Shown: positions 18,277 through 28,497, counted from the first letter of the whole stretch. The stretch: DNA of 63,431 bases, filler included, from Candidatus Woesearchaeota archaeon (GCA_030753365.1; 4 parts of 4 records of this genome joined end to end with filler, not necessarily neighbours in it); one strand, 5' to 3'. Numbers and translations: made by a program. The notes: generated from the sequence alone by a model not told the origin.

Positions 18277-21200
18277 ATGAAAAAAACAATTCTTACAACA
18301 GCAGTTTTAGCTGCTATATTCGGTTTTAGCAGTCCACCAGGTTTAACAGCTCAAGAGGTATATGAAGCATTTAGTGATCCTACAATATCAACATTGTCTG
18401 CTGGCAATTCATCCTATGTTGCCACAGCAGGTGATACTGGCGAAGCAACAGGCTCAGCTGGCGGCCCTGATCCTAATATCGACGAAGAAATCCTCAAGAT
18501 CATTGATTCTCTAGAAAACAATTCAGTCAGCACAAAGACAGAACTGGATAAAGCTATTACAGATTATCTAAACTTAAATGAATCTATAGATGGCTTAGAA
18601 AAAAATGATGATTATACTACAATTTTTGAAGAATTAAACACTAAAAGAGAAGCTGCTAAAACTAAAATTGATACCTGGCTTGGAACAAATGTAGATGCTT
18701 TGTTAGAAGGATACGCTGCAGTCACCAATATTTTAAGAAAAGAAGACAAATATATAGAGTTAGCTGAAGTATCATATGATACAACTGTTGACCTTAAAAT
18801 AGAAGTGCCAAGCATGAGAAACGCTAGAGATTTCTTAAAATTAACCCATTCTGAAGATTTGAAAGCAGAAGTAGACAACACTTATAAAAAAATATCTGAT
18901 TGGGTTATCGAAGAAGTTCCTGAAGCGCACAGCTATATGGAAGCAGCAATTTCTTCAAATGTTATTGTCAACCTTGACGCAAGAATAGCACAATTAGATA
19001 GTATGGAACTTGGCTTTGGCCAACTATTAAGATATGGGCTCATATCAGAAGAAGTTTCTGAACATGAAGCTGATCATACTGAAACAATAGGAGACTTAGA
19101 GAAAACATTTAATGATATATATGCTAATGCAAATAAAACACTTAGAGAAAATAGAAAAATATTATCAGCTCATTCAAGAAATTTGGAAAAGAATATAGCT
19201 ACCTCCAAAAAGGAAAACCCTTACCTTGATGTTACAAGAAATCTTGCTTCTTTAACCAAAATAGGAGAAACTATTGATGATTCATCAGAATTTATTGAGG
19301 CTGTTAGAATAAACAATGCTCATGATGACTTAATCGTTGCAGCAGCAGGTTTAGATAACAATAATTTTTACAAGGAAAGAGTAAAGGAATTCGAAGTATC
19401 AGAAGGTGTCAAAGTCTCAGACTTAGAGGAAAAGGCTAAAGGCACTTCAACAATGCTAAACGGAGCATATGGATCATTCATGGAAGAATATGCTATACTA
19501 GTTAATGGCTTCTTAGAAGGCAAGAAGATTGGGGATGTTGCTTCCTCTGAAGAGTTTACAACATTAGTTGACGACTTATATAATATAGACCTAAACATAA
19601 AAGGAAATTCTGAAGAATTTGATTCTAAAGCAGAAGTTGAGGAAGGCTATGGCCATCTTCATCACCAAATGAATGCGCATTCACTTTGGATGGAATCTCA
19701 GGCAAGAAACGAACTATTAAAATCATTAGATGAACAGCTTTCTGAGCTTTACTCAGGCAAGAACATCACTGGCAGTGATGTTGAAGAAGGCGCTCCAGAA
19801 ATAGGAGACTATTCTGAAAAGCTTGAACTAGAAAGAATCAGTGAAAGGCTTGCAGAAGTTAAGGCTGAAGCTAAAGCTGCAAAAGATGAGTATGAAGGAT
19901 TCAAACCATTAGCTGAATACGCTGGACTGGAAGAAAAGATTGACTTCACTGAAATAGAAACTATCACTGCTCATGAAGGGATAGGAACAGAAGTTATGGA
20001 AAGATACAAGCAGTCAGTTATAAACGCAACTGTGGACTTCATAAACGCAGGAGGTATAGAAGACAAAGTAGGATTAGAAACTGCAAGAAGGGTAACACAG
20101 GAAATAGAAAACAGTTCAGATGATTACAAAGATACTATAACTATAACAACAGAAATAACTGAGAAAATTGATCCAAGTTCTGAAGGCTATGATGCTGATG
20201 TTCCTTCAACACATACTAAAGAAGTAACAGAAACAAGCCCATTTGACTCAGAAGGTCTAATTAGCAGATTAAAACTTATGATAAACAGACATCAAAGAGA
20301 CAATAGCGGTGATGTTGGAGTTTCAGGTGACATGGATATAGATTATAACACACCATCAGTTGCTGGCGGAAGCGCAAGTATTCCATTTCACCATGACCAT
20401 TTGTCAGGCAATGCTGGAGTTGAAATCAACAAAGACTATTCCAACAACGATATAGGAAGCCCTGAGCATGCTCTTGGGCAGACAACAAGAAGAAGCGGCT
20501 TTATTGGCAGCTTAAGATATCTTAAAGACAACTTTTCTGCTTGGATTAATGCTTCTATTGGAAAAATCAAAACAAGCATGAGCCACGATGAAGCAAGAAG
20601 AACATTAGGACAAGTTCCTACAGGTGTATCACAAACCGGCGAGCTTACTTATGGTGATTTAGATAGCAAAAGCAGCAGAACTTACACAGAAGATACTATT
20701 GCTGCAACCGTAGAAGCTGGGGGTGAAGTTGACTCAAAATATTTTAGAGGAAAGTTTAATGCTAACGTTATAGCAGGCAGAAAGAACACTGTAAGAGAAG
20801 AACAGTTCACAAGATGGTTGCCTGGAGCTGAAGGAGAAGAGCTTCCTTTATCAACAACTAAATCAATAGTTGATGTGATTGAGCCTCTTGCCCAGCTTAC
20901 TACAGAAGGGAAGCTGCCAATAGGAAACTACACACTTTTAGTATCAGCCACTGGTGGAATTCTGACAAACTTTAGCACTACTGACGAAGCTATCAACACA
21001 AAAGAAGGTGTTACCACAAGCGACTGGGAAACTGAAACACAAGAGATGTTATATGGTCAAGTTGGTGGCAGTGCTGGAGTTAGAGGAAGGCATGGCAATT
21101 TCGCCCATTCAACCATAGCAGGATACTTATTTACTACTGGCGGTTTTTCAGGAGAAACTGATACATCCTTAGCAAGCCTAAATACTAGTGAGCATGAGGT

Positions 21201-21990
21201 TACAGTATATGAAATACTAACATTTAGCGACATTGGCTTGCTCATTGGAGGAAACGCTCAGATAAGGAACGATTCAATATCTTCAATGGTAAAAGAAGAC
21301 GATGCAACACTAAGAGCAGCTAATGGAAGTCTTAACCAATGGAATCCTAGGCTACTCTTTGCATATGGAGCCTCACAGGAAGGCCTTATTAACTACGCGC
21401 AAGCATTAGCAGAACAATCATCCTTAGAAAGCTTAGCAAATCATGGGCAAGCACTTTACATGCCAAGCACTCCTCAACTGGACGCACTATTAAAAGCAGA
21501 GATCTCAGCATATATTATAGGCCCTGATAGCACAATGCATAGCTTTTATCCAGGCTTAGGTCCTGTAGGAATCACTGTAGGCTCTGAAGGCAAAACTCTT
21601 GTAGGCAGTAGCAGCCTTGAAGCTAGCTTATATGCAAACGTTAGAGGATTAATCGCAGATATTAATGGTATTAATCCAAATGATGCTCCAGAAATAGCAG
21701 CAGTGCTTGCATACCAGCATTTCAGCAACCAGTACACAATAGGCCAGGTAGCAAGAAATGAGCAAGACACACCTGCAAAATTAATAACAAACTATGATGA
21801 ATCAGGTAATGGATTAATTGCTCTTAGAGTTAGCAACTTAAGCATAGGTAACAAGCTTGATCGTTTCATTCAGGGATTAATTTTTGAAGCCGGCGCAAAG
21901 CTCAAAGGCATAAGATGGTCTGATGGCATGAGCCTTGGCACAATAATACCTTATGCAACTCTAGCAGGAAGATATGACTTGCCTGAATAA
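18277..21990 (+). CDS. Large secreted protein: helical acidic N-terminal region and a beta-strand-rich C-terminal region
   Basis: 1237-aa ORF with a signal peptide and GGGGGT RBS; no recognised family. Confidence 0.75.
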   Translation: MKKTILTTAVLAAIFGFSSPPGLTAQEVYEAFSDPTISTLSAGNSSYVATAGDTGEATGSAGGPDPNIDEEILKIIDSLENNSVSTKTELDKAITDYLNLNESIDGLEKNDDYTTIFEELNTKREAAKTKIDTWLGTNVDALLEGYAAVTNILRKEDKYIELAEVSYDTTVDLKIEVPSMRNARDFLKLTHSEDLKAEVDNTYKKISDWVIEEVPEAHSYMEAAISSNVIVNLDARIAQLDSMELGFGQLLRYGLISEEVSEHEADHTETIGDLEKTFNDIYANANKTLRENRKILSAHSRNLEKNIATSKKENPYLDVTRNLASLTKIGETIDDSSEFIEAVRINNAHDDLIVAAAGLDNNNFYKERVKEFEVSEGVKVSDLEEKAKGTSTMLNGAYGSFMEEYAILVNGFLEGKKIGDVASSEEFTTLVDDLYNIDLNIKGNSEEFDSKAEVEEGYGHLHHQMNAHSLWMESQARNELLKSLDEQLSELYSGKNITGSDVEEGAPEIGDYSEKLELERISERLAEVKAEAKAAKDEYEGFKPLAEYAGLEEKIDFTEIETITAHEGIGTEVMERYKQSVINATVDFINAGGIEDKVGLETARRVTQEIENSSDDYKDTITITTEITEKIDPSSEGYDADVPSTHTKEVTETSPFDSEGLISRLKLMINRHQRDNSGDVGVSGDMDIDYNTPSVAGGSASIPFHHDHLSGNAGVEINKDYSNNDIGSPEHALGQTTRRSGFIGSLRYLKDNFSAWINASIGKIKTSMSHDEARRTLGQVPTGVSQTGELTYGDLDSKSSRTYTEDTIAATVEAGGEVDSKYFRGKFNANVIAGRKNTVREEQFTRWLPGAEGEELPLSTTKSIVDVIEPLAQLTTEGKLPIGNYTLLVSATGGILTNFSTTDEAINTKEGVTTSDWETETQEMLYGQVGGSAGVRGRHGNFAHSTIAGYLFTTGGFSGETDTSLASLNTSEHEVTVYEILTFSDIGLLIGGNAQIRNDSISSMVKEDDATLRAANGSLNQWNPRLLFAYGASQEGLINYAQALAEQSSLESLANHGQALYMPSTPQLDALLKAEISAYIIGPDSTMHSFYPGLGPVGITVGSEGKTLVGSSSLEASLYANVRGLIADINGINPNDAPEIAAVLAYQHFSNQYTIGQVARNEQDTPAKLITNYDESGNGLIALRVSNLSIGNKLDRFIQGLIFEAGAKLKGIRWSDGMSLGTIIPYATLAGRYDLPE

Positions 21991-22055
21991 ATTTTTTATT
22001 TTTATATTTTTTAACTTTTAATCAAAACACAAAAAGAGTTAGGGGGTAATATCAT

Positions 22056-24829
22056 ATGAAAAATAATTTAATAATAAGCTGTTTACTTATATTCATTATT
22101 TCTATTATAAATATAAATCTAGCTGCTGGAGCTTACACAGATGTTACCTCTCCAGACATATGGGACTTTAGAACAATTCCTGAAGACACAGTTCCAATAG
22201 AACAAGGCTCTTATATTCTAACCCTTACAGGCGTTGACTTTGAGACAGGCATGAAAACAGTCAAGCTATACAACAGCAGCGATGGGCTTATTGAAGAAAA
22301 AGCCTGCTCCCCTGATACAGAATACTATGCTTGCACTGTTACTTCTACCATCCCTACAACCACTTCAGGAGACTTCACATACAAAGCAGAAGTAGAAGAC
22401 AGGGCTGGCAACACAGCAAGATATGACTGCGCAACAGGAACACACACAGCATACAAATGCAAAATCACTGTTTATGAAAACCAGCCACCAGTAGCAGATG
22501 ACCAATCAGTTACAGTAGATGAAGACCCTGAATCTCCAGTAACCATAACATTAACAGCATCCGACCCAAACAATGATCCTCTTACATATTCAATTGTTAC
22601 TAATCCAACAAACGGCATATTATCAGCATTAACAGAAAACACTTTGACTTACACACCAAACCTTAATTATAACGGCGCTGACAGCTTTACTTTCAAGGCT
22701 AACGACGGAAGGCTTGACAGCAATATTGCAACAGTTTCAATCACAATCAATCCAGTTAATGACGCGCCAACAATCAGCATAACATATCCTGATGAAGCAG
22801 ACAAATTCACTGTTGGCCACAGTATTAATATTATAGTAGATGCTCAGGATATTGATGGAAACTCACTGGAAATAACCTATAATTTTGGTGATAGTAATAT
22901 AACAACTTTAACAGACATAAATACTATAACCCATGCATACGCAACAAATGACACTTACACCATCACAACCACAGTAAGCGATGGAACACTATCAGCTGAA
23001 GACAGCGTAAGCATAGAAATACTGCCTCACGCATTTAATATAACAGACATCACCACCTTCAATGATGCTTTCACAACCGAAGAAACCAATTTCCTTAGAA
23101 ACCAGTCAGTTTATGTTAATTTTAACGTAATTGACAAGAATGATGGAAACAATTATGTTTCAAACGCAATTTCTGAAGTTTACATCCTTGACAGTGAAGG
23201 AAACACAATCGATTTAACAGCTTATGGTAACGGCGTAAGCATAATTGACGGCCAGCCAGCTACACCTAATGGTTCATATTATTATAACTTAGTAAACCTT
23301 CCATTAAATGATGATATCTTAGGAGAAGACATTGTGTTTGTATTTTCTTATACAGATGCAGGCGCAGGCCAGGGAGAGCATATAATCTATGTAGCTAACA
23401 ATCCTTTAACATTCTCAGATTTGCCGCCAAGCATAACATTTAACGAAGACGAATCTGACAACACATTGAGCTTAAACGATTATGTAAGCGATATTGAAAC
23501 ACTTGACAATGAGATAGTATGGACATACTCAGGCAACACAAACATCAATGTTGACATTCCATCAAGCCATATAGTAACCTTCACAGCTACTCAGGATTGG
23601 AATGGAACAGAAACAATCAGTTTCACTGCTGATGACACTGACGGTTCTACAGACACTAAAAGCATTAATGTTACTGTCAACCCAGTAAACGATGCACCAG
23701 TTATAAGCAATATACCGGACCAGACTATAAATGAAGGAGAAACATTCACAACAATTAACCTAGACGATTACGTAAGTGACGCAGACAACACAGATGCTGA
23801 AATCATATGGACATACTCAGGCAACACAGAGCTAACAGTAAGCATAGCAAGCAGAGTTGCTACCATTACAATACCAAGCATTGAATGGAACGGAGCAGAA
23901 ACTATTACCTTTACTGCAACCGACCCAGGAGCTTTAAATGACAGCGATGCTGCTGTATTTACAGTTACAAGCGTTAATAATATGCCAGTAGTGAGCGATA
24001 TACCAAATCAAACAATCAATGAAGGAGAAACATTCGCAACAATTAACTTAGATGACTATGTAAACGACACAGACAACACAGATGCTGAAATTGCATGGAC
24101 ATATTCAGGAAACACAGAATTAATAGTAAGCATAGTAACCAGAGTAGCAACAATCACAATACCAAGCATTGAATGGAATGGAGATGAAACTATTACTTTT
24201 ACTGCAACTGACCCAAACGGGCTAAGTAACAGCGACGCTGCAACATTTACTGTTAATGCTGTAAACGATGCTCCTATTGTAAGCGATATACCTAGCCAAA
24301 CAATCAATGAAGGAGAAACATTCGCAACAATAAATTTAGATGATTATGTAAATGACACAGACAACACAGATGCTGAAATAGTATGGACATACTCAGGCAA
24401 CACAGAGCTAACAGTAAGCATAGCAAGCAGAGTTGCTACCATTACAATACCAAGCATTGATTGGAATGGAGCAGAGACTATTACTTTCACAGCAACTGAT
24501 CCAGGAGCTTTAAGCGATAACGATGCTGCAACATTCACTGTTGTTTCTGCTGGGAACAATGCGCCTATAGCAAACGCAGGAATTGACCAAAATGTATTAG
24601 TGCTTTCAACAGTAACATTAGATGGCTCAGGCTCATCAGATCCTGATGGAGATACTATTACTTACAGCTGGACACAAGTTTCAGGTCCAATGACAGTTAC
24701 TCTATCAGACCCAGCAGCAGCAACTCCAAGCTTTATAGCTCCTATGATAGGCGCTTATGTATTTCAATTAATAGTTAATGACGGCCAGGTTGACAGCGCT
24801 CCTGACACAGTCTTAATAACTGTCACATC
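22056..24829 (+). CDS. Adhesin-like surface protein with cadherin-like/Big_9 (tandem-95), PKD and K319L-like Ig domains (3' truncated by contig end)
   Basis: NQPPVADDQSVTVDED, YNGADSFTF, VNDAP repeats and APIANAGIDQ...LDGSGSSDPDGD. Confidence 0.85.
23688..24551 (+). repeat. Three 288-bp intragenic tandem repeats (96-aa cadherin-like units)
   Basis: Units start at 23688, 23976 and 24264 with high DNA identity. Confidence 0.9.
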
Positions 24830-24929
24830 NNNNNNNNNNNNNNNNNNNNNNNNNNNNNNNNNNNNNNNNNNNNTTAATTAATTAANNNNNNNNNNNNNNN
24901 NNNNNNNNNNNNNNNNNNNNNNNNNNNNN
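24830..24929. other. Artificial contig linker
   Basis: 44 N + TTAATTAATTAA + 44 N. Confidence 0.99.
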
Positions 24930-24938
24930 GGAATAAAA

Positions 24939-25076
24939 ATGGTAAAATACAAATGTTTTTATTGCGACAAAAGCACTTCACTGGAAATGCTAAGGAAGAG
25001 GGTGAGATGCCCTTACTGCGGTTCAAAGATATTATATAAGCCAAGGACAACAAAGACAAACGTTAAAGCCAGATAG
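24939..25076 (+). CDS. rpoP: DNA-directed RNA polymerase subunit P (Rpo12); not in the ORF track
   Basis: MVKYKCFYCDK...RVRCPYCGSKILYKPRTTKTNVKAR; upstream of prefoldin beta. Confidence 0.92.
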   Translation: MVKYKCFYCDKSTSLEMLRKRVRCPYCGSKILYKPRTTKTNVKAR

Positions 25077-25080
25077 AAAG

Positions 25081-25413
25081 ATGACAGACCAAGAAACAGA
25101 GAAAAAGATTGAACAGTTACAGCTTCTGGAACAAAACCTACAGGCATTCTTAGCTCAGAAACAACAGTTCCAGACACAGGAAATAGAGATTGATTCTGCT
25201 TTAGGCGAAATTAAAGATAAGAAAGATGCTTATAAGATAGTAGGAAATATTATGGTTAATGTTGACGCAAAACAGTTAAGTGAAGAATTAACACAAAAAA
25301 AAGAAAACCTGAATATAAGAATCAAAAGCGTTGAAAAACAGGAAGAAAAGATAAGAGAAAGAGTAAAATCAATCCAAGCAGAAGTTCTTAAAAAGATTAA
25401 ACCATCTGAATAA
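25081..25413 (+). CDS. pfdB: Prefoldin subunit beta
   Basis: Coiled coils flanking AYKIVGNIMV; follows rpoP. Confidence 0.9.
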   Translation: MTDQETEKKIEQLQLLEQNLQAFLAQKQQFQTQEIEIDSALGEIKDKKDAYKIVGNIMVNVDAKQLSEELTQKKENLNIRIKSVEKQEEKIRERVKSIQAEVLKKIKPSE

Positions 25414-25415
25414 AA

Positions 25416-25664
25416 ATGAAATCTTCAGAAAAGATTAAGGAAATAATTGACACCTTATCAGAGCTACAGGAAGATCCAACCCTTCCAAAGAACACAAATA
25501 GTAAACTCCAAGAAGTCATAGACATCCTCAACAGCGATTCTGAATCATCAATGAAAGTCAACAAAGCCTTTAATATTTTAGAAGGAATAGCAGACAACAC
25601 AAATCTGCAATCATACATAAGAACTCAAATCTGGAATATAACAAGCATGTTAGAGAAAGTTTGA
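25416..25664 (+). CDS. UPF0147-family protein
   Basis: DPTLPKN and NLQSYIRTQIWNITSMLE motifs. Confidence 0.85.
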   Translation: MKSSEKIKEIIDTLSELQEDPTLPKNTNSKLQEVIDILNSDSESSMKVNKAFNILEGIADNTNLQSYIRTQIWNITSMLEKV

Positions 25665-25810
25665 TCATATCACTTTGTCAAAAACCGTCCATCAAAGAAG
25701 GGAGGCATGATTATACAATCGGCGATATAAGAAAGGTGGTTTTTGATGCTTAAAATTCCAATGGAATGTTGGAGTTGCTGCTAAACCACTTCTCATAGAG
25801 AACTGGAATT

Positions 25811-26371
25811 TTATTGTTTTAACTTAACCACTTCATTCTTTGTCATTATTGAGTTTGGAATAGAAATAGTATCCTTGCCCTTTGTTTCAATCCTGGTTTC
25901 TATTAGGCTTATCTTTGTAACCCTTCCTTCCGTCTCCTTGACTCTTATGAAATCTCCTTTCTTAATAAACCCTTCTCTATAAATAGTTATTCCAGCTACG
26001 CAGTTAGGAACAAAGTCTTTTATGCTCAGGAAAACTGATAAAATAATCACAAGCATAACTCCTCCTGCTACTATATTCAACACAATTGCTCCTACTCCTA
26101 ACTTTTCTATGGCAATTATTATAAACACAAAATAAGTAAAATATGTCACAAAAGAGCTTATTATTTCCTCAAGAGCCACTTTCAGGCCTGTTGCCTTCTT
26201 CAGTATGTTATTAAGCTCTATCTCATGCAGAACCTTATGAATTAATTTTCCTAATATTCTGCCAACTATTAATCCTATCAATAGTATTATCACAGAAACC
26301 ACAAATTTCATAAAGAAATCAGGAAGATAGGTATTTATGTAATTATTTATCATAGTAATAATATTTTCCAT
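25811..26371 (-). CDS. Short MscS-family mechanosensitive channel protein
   Basis: Three TM helices, then KDFVPNCVAG...GDFIRV...GRV...IPNS. Confidence 0.8.
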   Translation of the reverse strand: MENIITMINNYINTYLPDFFMKFVVSVIILLIGLIVGRILGKLIHKVLHEIELNNILKKATGLKVALEEIISSFVTYFTYFVFIIIAIEKLGVGAIVLNIVAGGVMLVIILSVFLSIKDFVPNCVAGITIYREGFIKKGDFIRVKETEGRVTKISLIETRIETKGKDTISIPNSIMTKNEVVKLKQ

Positions 26372-26464
26372 TTTCTATTCAAAAAGTTTTAAATAAATAT
26401 AAACCTTTCTATAAGAGATAATGGATTTCAACGAACAAATAAAATTATTGGAAGAGAAATAAAA

Positions 26465-26558
26465 AATCCCAATCGCAGCAAGCTGCGGGGTATTTTTAGT
26501 ATTTAGTTTGTGTATTAATGTCGATGCAAGCATCGGGGTATAAAACCCAAACTAAATA
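26465..26558 (+). repeat. Pair of REP/IS605-end-like GC hairpins (second one enclosed by an 11-bp inverted repeat)
   Basis: AATCCCAAT-CGCAGC-AA-GCTGCG-GGGTAT and CGATGC-AA-GCATCG-GGGTAT; TATTTAGTTTG/CAAACTAAATA. Confidence 0.75.
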
Positions 26559-26666
26559 ATTAAACATTACCCATCATAATAAGAGGACTCAACACTAAGC
26601 AAGGGATATGTATTAGAAATCCATTTAAGGTAAGAGACATGATATTATCTCTCCCTTATCTTCTAT

Positions 26667-26912
26667 TTACTGTAGAATATCTTCAATAGGTTTCTTTTCC
26701 TTCTTAGCTGAACTCTTTGCTTCTTTAGCAGCTTTTTCAAGATCAATTCCTAAATCTTTTAAGGCTTTGACATGCATCTGCATTAACTGTTCAACTATCT
26801 TAAGCAACCTTAGCAACTCTTCTCTTTCCTTTGCCAAAGTGCTCAAAGAACCCTTATGAAAGCCTACTTGTTCATCATTTGATGTTTTCTTTGCCATATC
26901 CATTGAAAACAA
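26667..26912 (-). CDS. Small coiled-coil hypothetical protein (start probably a few codons downstream)
   Basis: Clean ORF, EQVGFHKGSLSTLAKEREEL. Confidence 0.7.
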   Translation of the reverse strand: MFSMDMAKKTSNDEQVGFHKGSLSTLAKEREELLRLLKIVEQLMQMHVKALKDLGIDLEKAAKEAKSSAKKEKKPIEDILQ

Positions 26913-26984
26913 ACAGGCATTTATAAAGGTTTAGTTAAGTTATCAAGTTTAATGATATTTTTCCTCTTATAATACTAACACATA

Positions 26985-26998
26985 AAAAGTTTTTTATA
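26985..26998 (+). promoter_or_regulatory. BRE/TATA-like promoter of the first KaiC-like gene
   Basis: AAAAG-TTTTTTATA 23 nt before the CTG at 27022; near-identical geometry (22 nt) at the gene starting 29097. Confidence 0.5.
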
Positions 26999-27021
26999 CT
27001 AGTTCTAGCCAAATAAAACAT

Positions 27022-27747
27022 CTGGAACAAGTCAAAACAGGAATACCTGGACTGGATGAAATCTTTAAAGGAGGATTTAAGAGACACAATGCAGTCCTAT
27101 TAACTGGTCCTCCAGGCACAGGTAAGACAATATTCTGCATACAATATATTTATCATGGCGCAAAAATAGGCGAGCCAGGCCTTTACATTACTTCTGAAGA
27201 GAGCCCTGATGATATAAGAGACTATGCAGCAAGCATTGGCTTGGACTTCACAGAGTTTGAAAAAAAAGGATTAATAAGCGTAATAGAACAGTCTATCTCT
27301 GATAAAAAGCTTGTCTCAATCGCAACACCATTAAAACTTATCAAAGACAAGAAAATCCAGAGAGTTGCTTTGGACTCATTAACCTTGTTTGAATACATGC
27401 ATGTAGCCGGTGAGATGGATTACAGGAAAGAAGTCCTTGATTTCATAATAAGGATGAAGCAAACCCAGATTACGTTACTCACTACTTCTGAGAAATCCAT
27501 AAGAGATATAGACACGTTTAACTATGATCCCGAAGATTTCCTGTTTGACGGCCTGATTTTTATGACTAAGATAAGAAAATCATCATCCTTTGAAAGATGC
27601 CTAAACGTGGCAAAGATGAGAGGCCAGGAACATCTAATAGACATTTTCCCAATATCCATCACAAAAAAGGGTATTATTGTCCATACAAACCAACTGCCAT
27701 TCTCTCTCATAGATAAAGACGCCAGTCAAGGCAAGTTCACAAAATAA
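27022..27747 (+). CDS. KaiC/GvpD/RAD55-family RecA-like ATPase 1 (no ATG/GTG/TTG start; CTG proposed)
   Basis: The frame upstream of the called ORF reads LEQVKTGIPGLDEIFKGG...LLTGPPGTGKT; later LDSLT and KMRG. Confidence 0.75.
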   Translation: MEQVKTGIPGLDEIFKGGFKRHNAVLLTGPPGTGKTIFCIQYIYHGAKIGEPGLYITSEESPDDIRDYAASIGLDFTEFEKKGLISVIEQSISDKKLVSIATPLKLIKDKKIQRVALDSLTLFEYMHVAGEMDYRKEVLDFIIRMKQTQITLLTTSEKSIRDIDTFNYDPEDFLFDGLIFMTKIRKSSSFERCLNVAKMRGQEHLIDIFPISITKKGIIVHTNQLPFSLIDKDASQGKFTK

Positions 27748-27748
27748 A

Positions 27749-27790
27749 AATCCCAACCACCCTAAGGGGAGGGGTATCCAAAACAAATGA
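27749..27790 (+). repeat. Degenerate copy of the AATCCCA...GGGGTAT repeat, carrying the RBS and ATG of the next gene
   Basis: AATCCCAACCACCCTAAGGGGAGGGGTATCCAAAACAAATGA. Confidence 0.7.
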
Positions 27791-28497
27791 TTAAGTCAAA
27801 GACAAACAAAAGGGTGACAACAGGAATTTCTTGAATTGACCCTCTCATTCAGGGCGGCTTAAAAAAGAACAGCATTAACCTTGTGGCAGGCTCAGCCGGC
27901 TGCGGCAAAACAATCTTCAGCATGGAATTTCTTATAAAAGGCATCATGAACGGAGAACCCGGTATTTATATAACATTTGAAGAAAAAAAGAACAAGACAT
28001 ACGAAGATATGCTGGCCTTTGGCTGGGATTTAAAAAAATATGAAGAAGAAGGAAAATTCGTATTCCTTGAATACTCTCCTGAACAAGTAAAAAAAGTATT
28101 GGTAGAAGGAGGCGGCATCGTAGAAGCAATAATAGAAAAAATCAAAGCAAAAAGGATTGTGATAGACAGCATAACATCTTTCTCCTTACTATACCAGGAT
28201 GAGCTAACAAAAAAAGAGGCAGCACTCTCATTATTTGAATTAATCAACAAATGGGACTGCACTGCAATCCTCACATCCCAAAGCGAGACAAGAGATGATG
28301 AAGCAATCTCAACAGCGCTTGAATTTGAAGTTGACGGAATAATAGTTTTATATCATGTCAAAAAGAAAGGAATAAGAACAAGGGCAGTTGAAATCCTTAA
28401 GATGCGGGGAACTAAGATCCCTGAGAAAACATTCAAGATGGATATTGCAAAAGGTGGGATAGTCGTAAACCTCAATGAAGTAATAGATTTCACTTAA
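27787..28497 (+). pseudogene. KaiC/RAD55-family ATPase 2 with an in-frame TGA at 27832-27834 (nonsense allele, error or readthrough)
   Basis: MIKSKTNKRVTTGIS*IDPLIQGG...VAGSAGCGKT...IDSIT...VDG...KMRGT in one frame. Confidence 0.7.

Noticed and set aside
23688..24551. Possible CRISPR array or DGR template/variable repeat pair
   Set aside because: Repeats are in-frame 96-codon protein domains without spacers; differences are not adenine-specific and no reverse transcriptase or cas gene is present
24830..24929. TTAATTAATTAA palindrome inside N runs (also at 51650 and 57460)
   Set aside because: Identical artificial all-frame-stop linker joining contigs; ORF ends running into it are not real
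26421..26462. 13-codon ORF MDFNEQIKLLEEK before the hairpin repeat, as a truncated gene remnant
   Set aside because: Too short to assign to any family from sequence alone
27832..27834. Genome-wide TGA=Gly recoding
   Set aside because: TGA is the normal terminator of many genes here (e.g. rnj, purD, purC, purH) and no other gene shows an internal TGA
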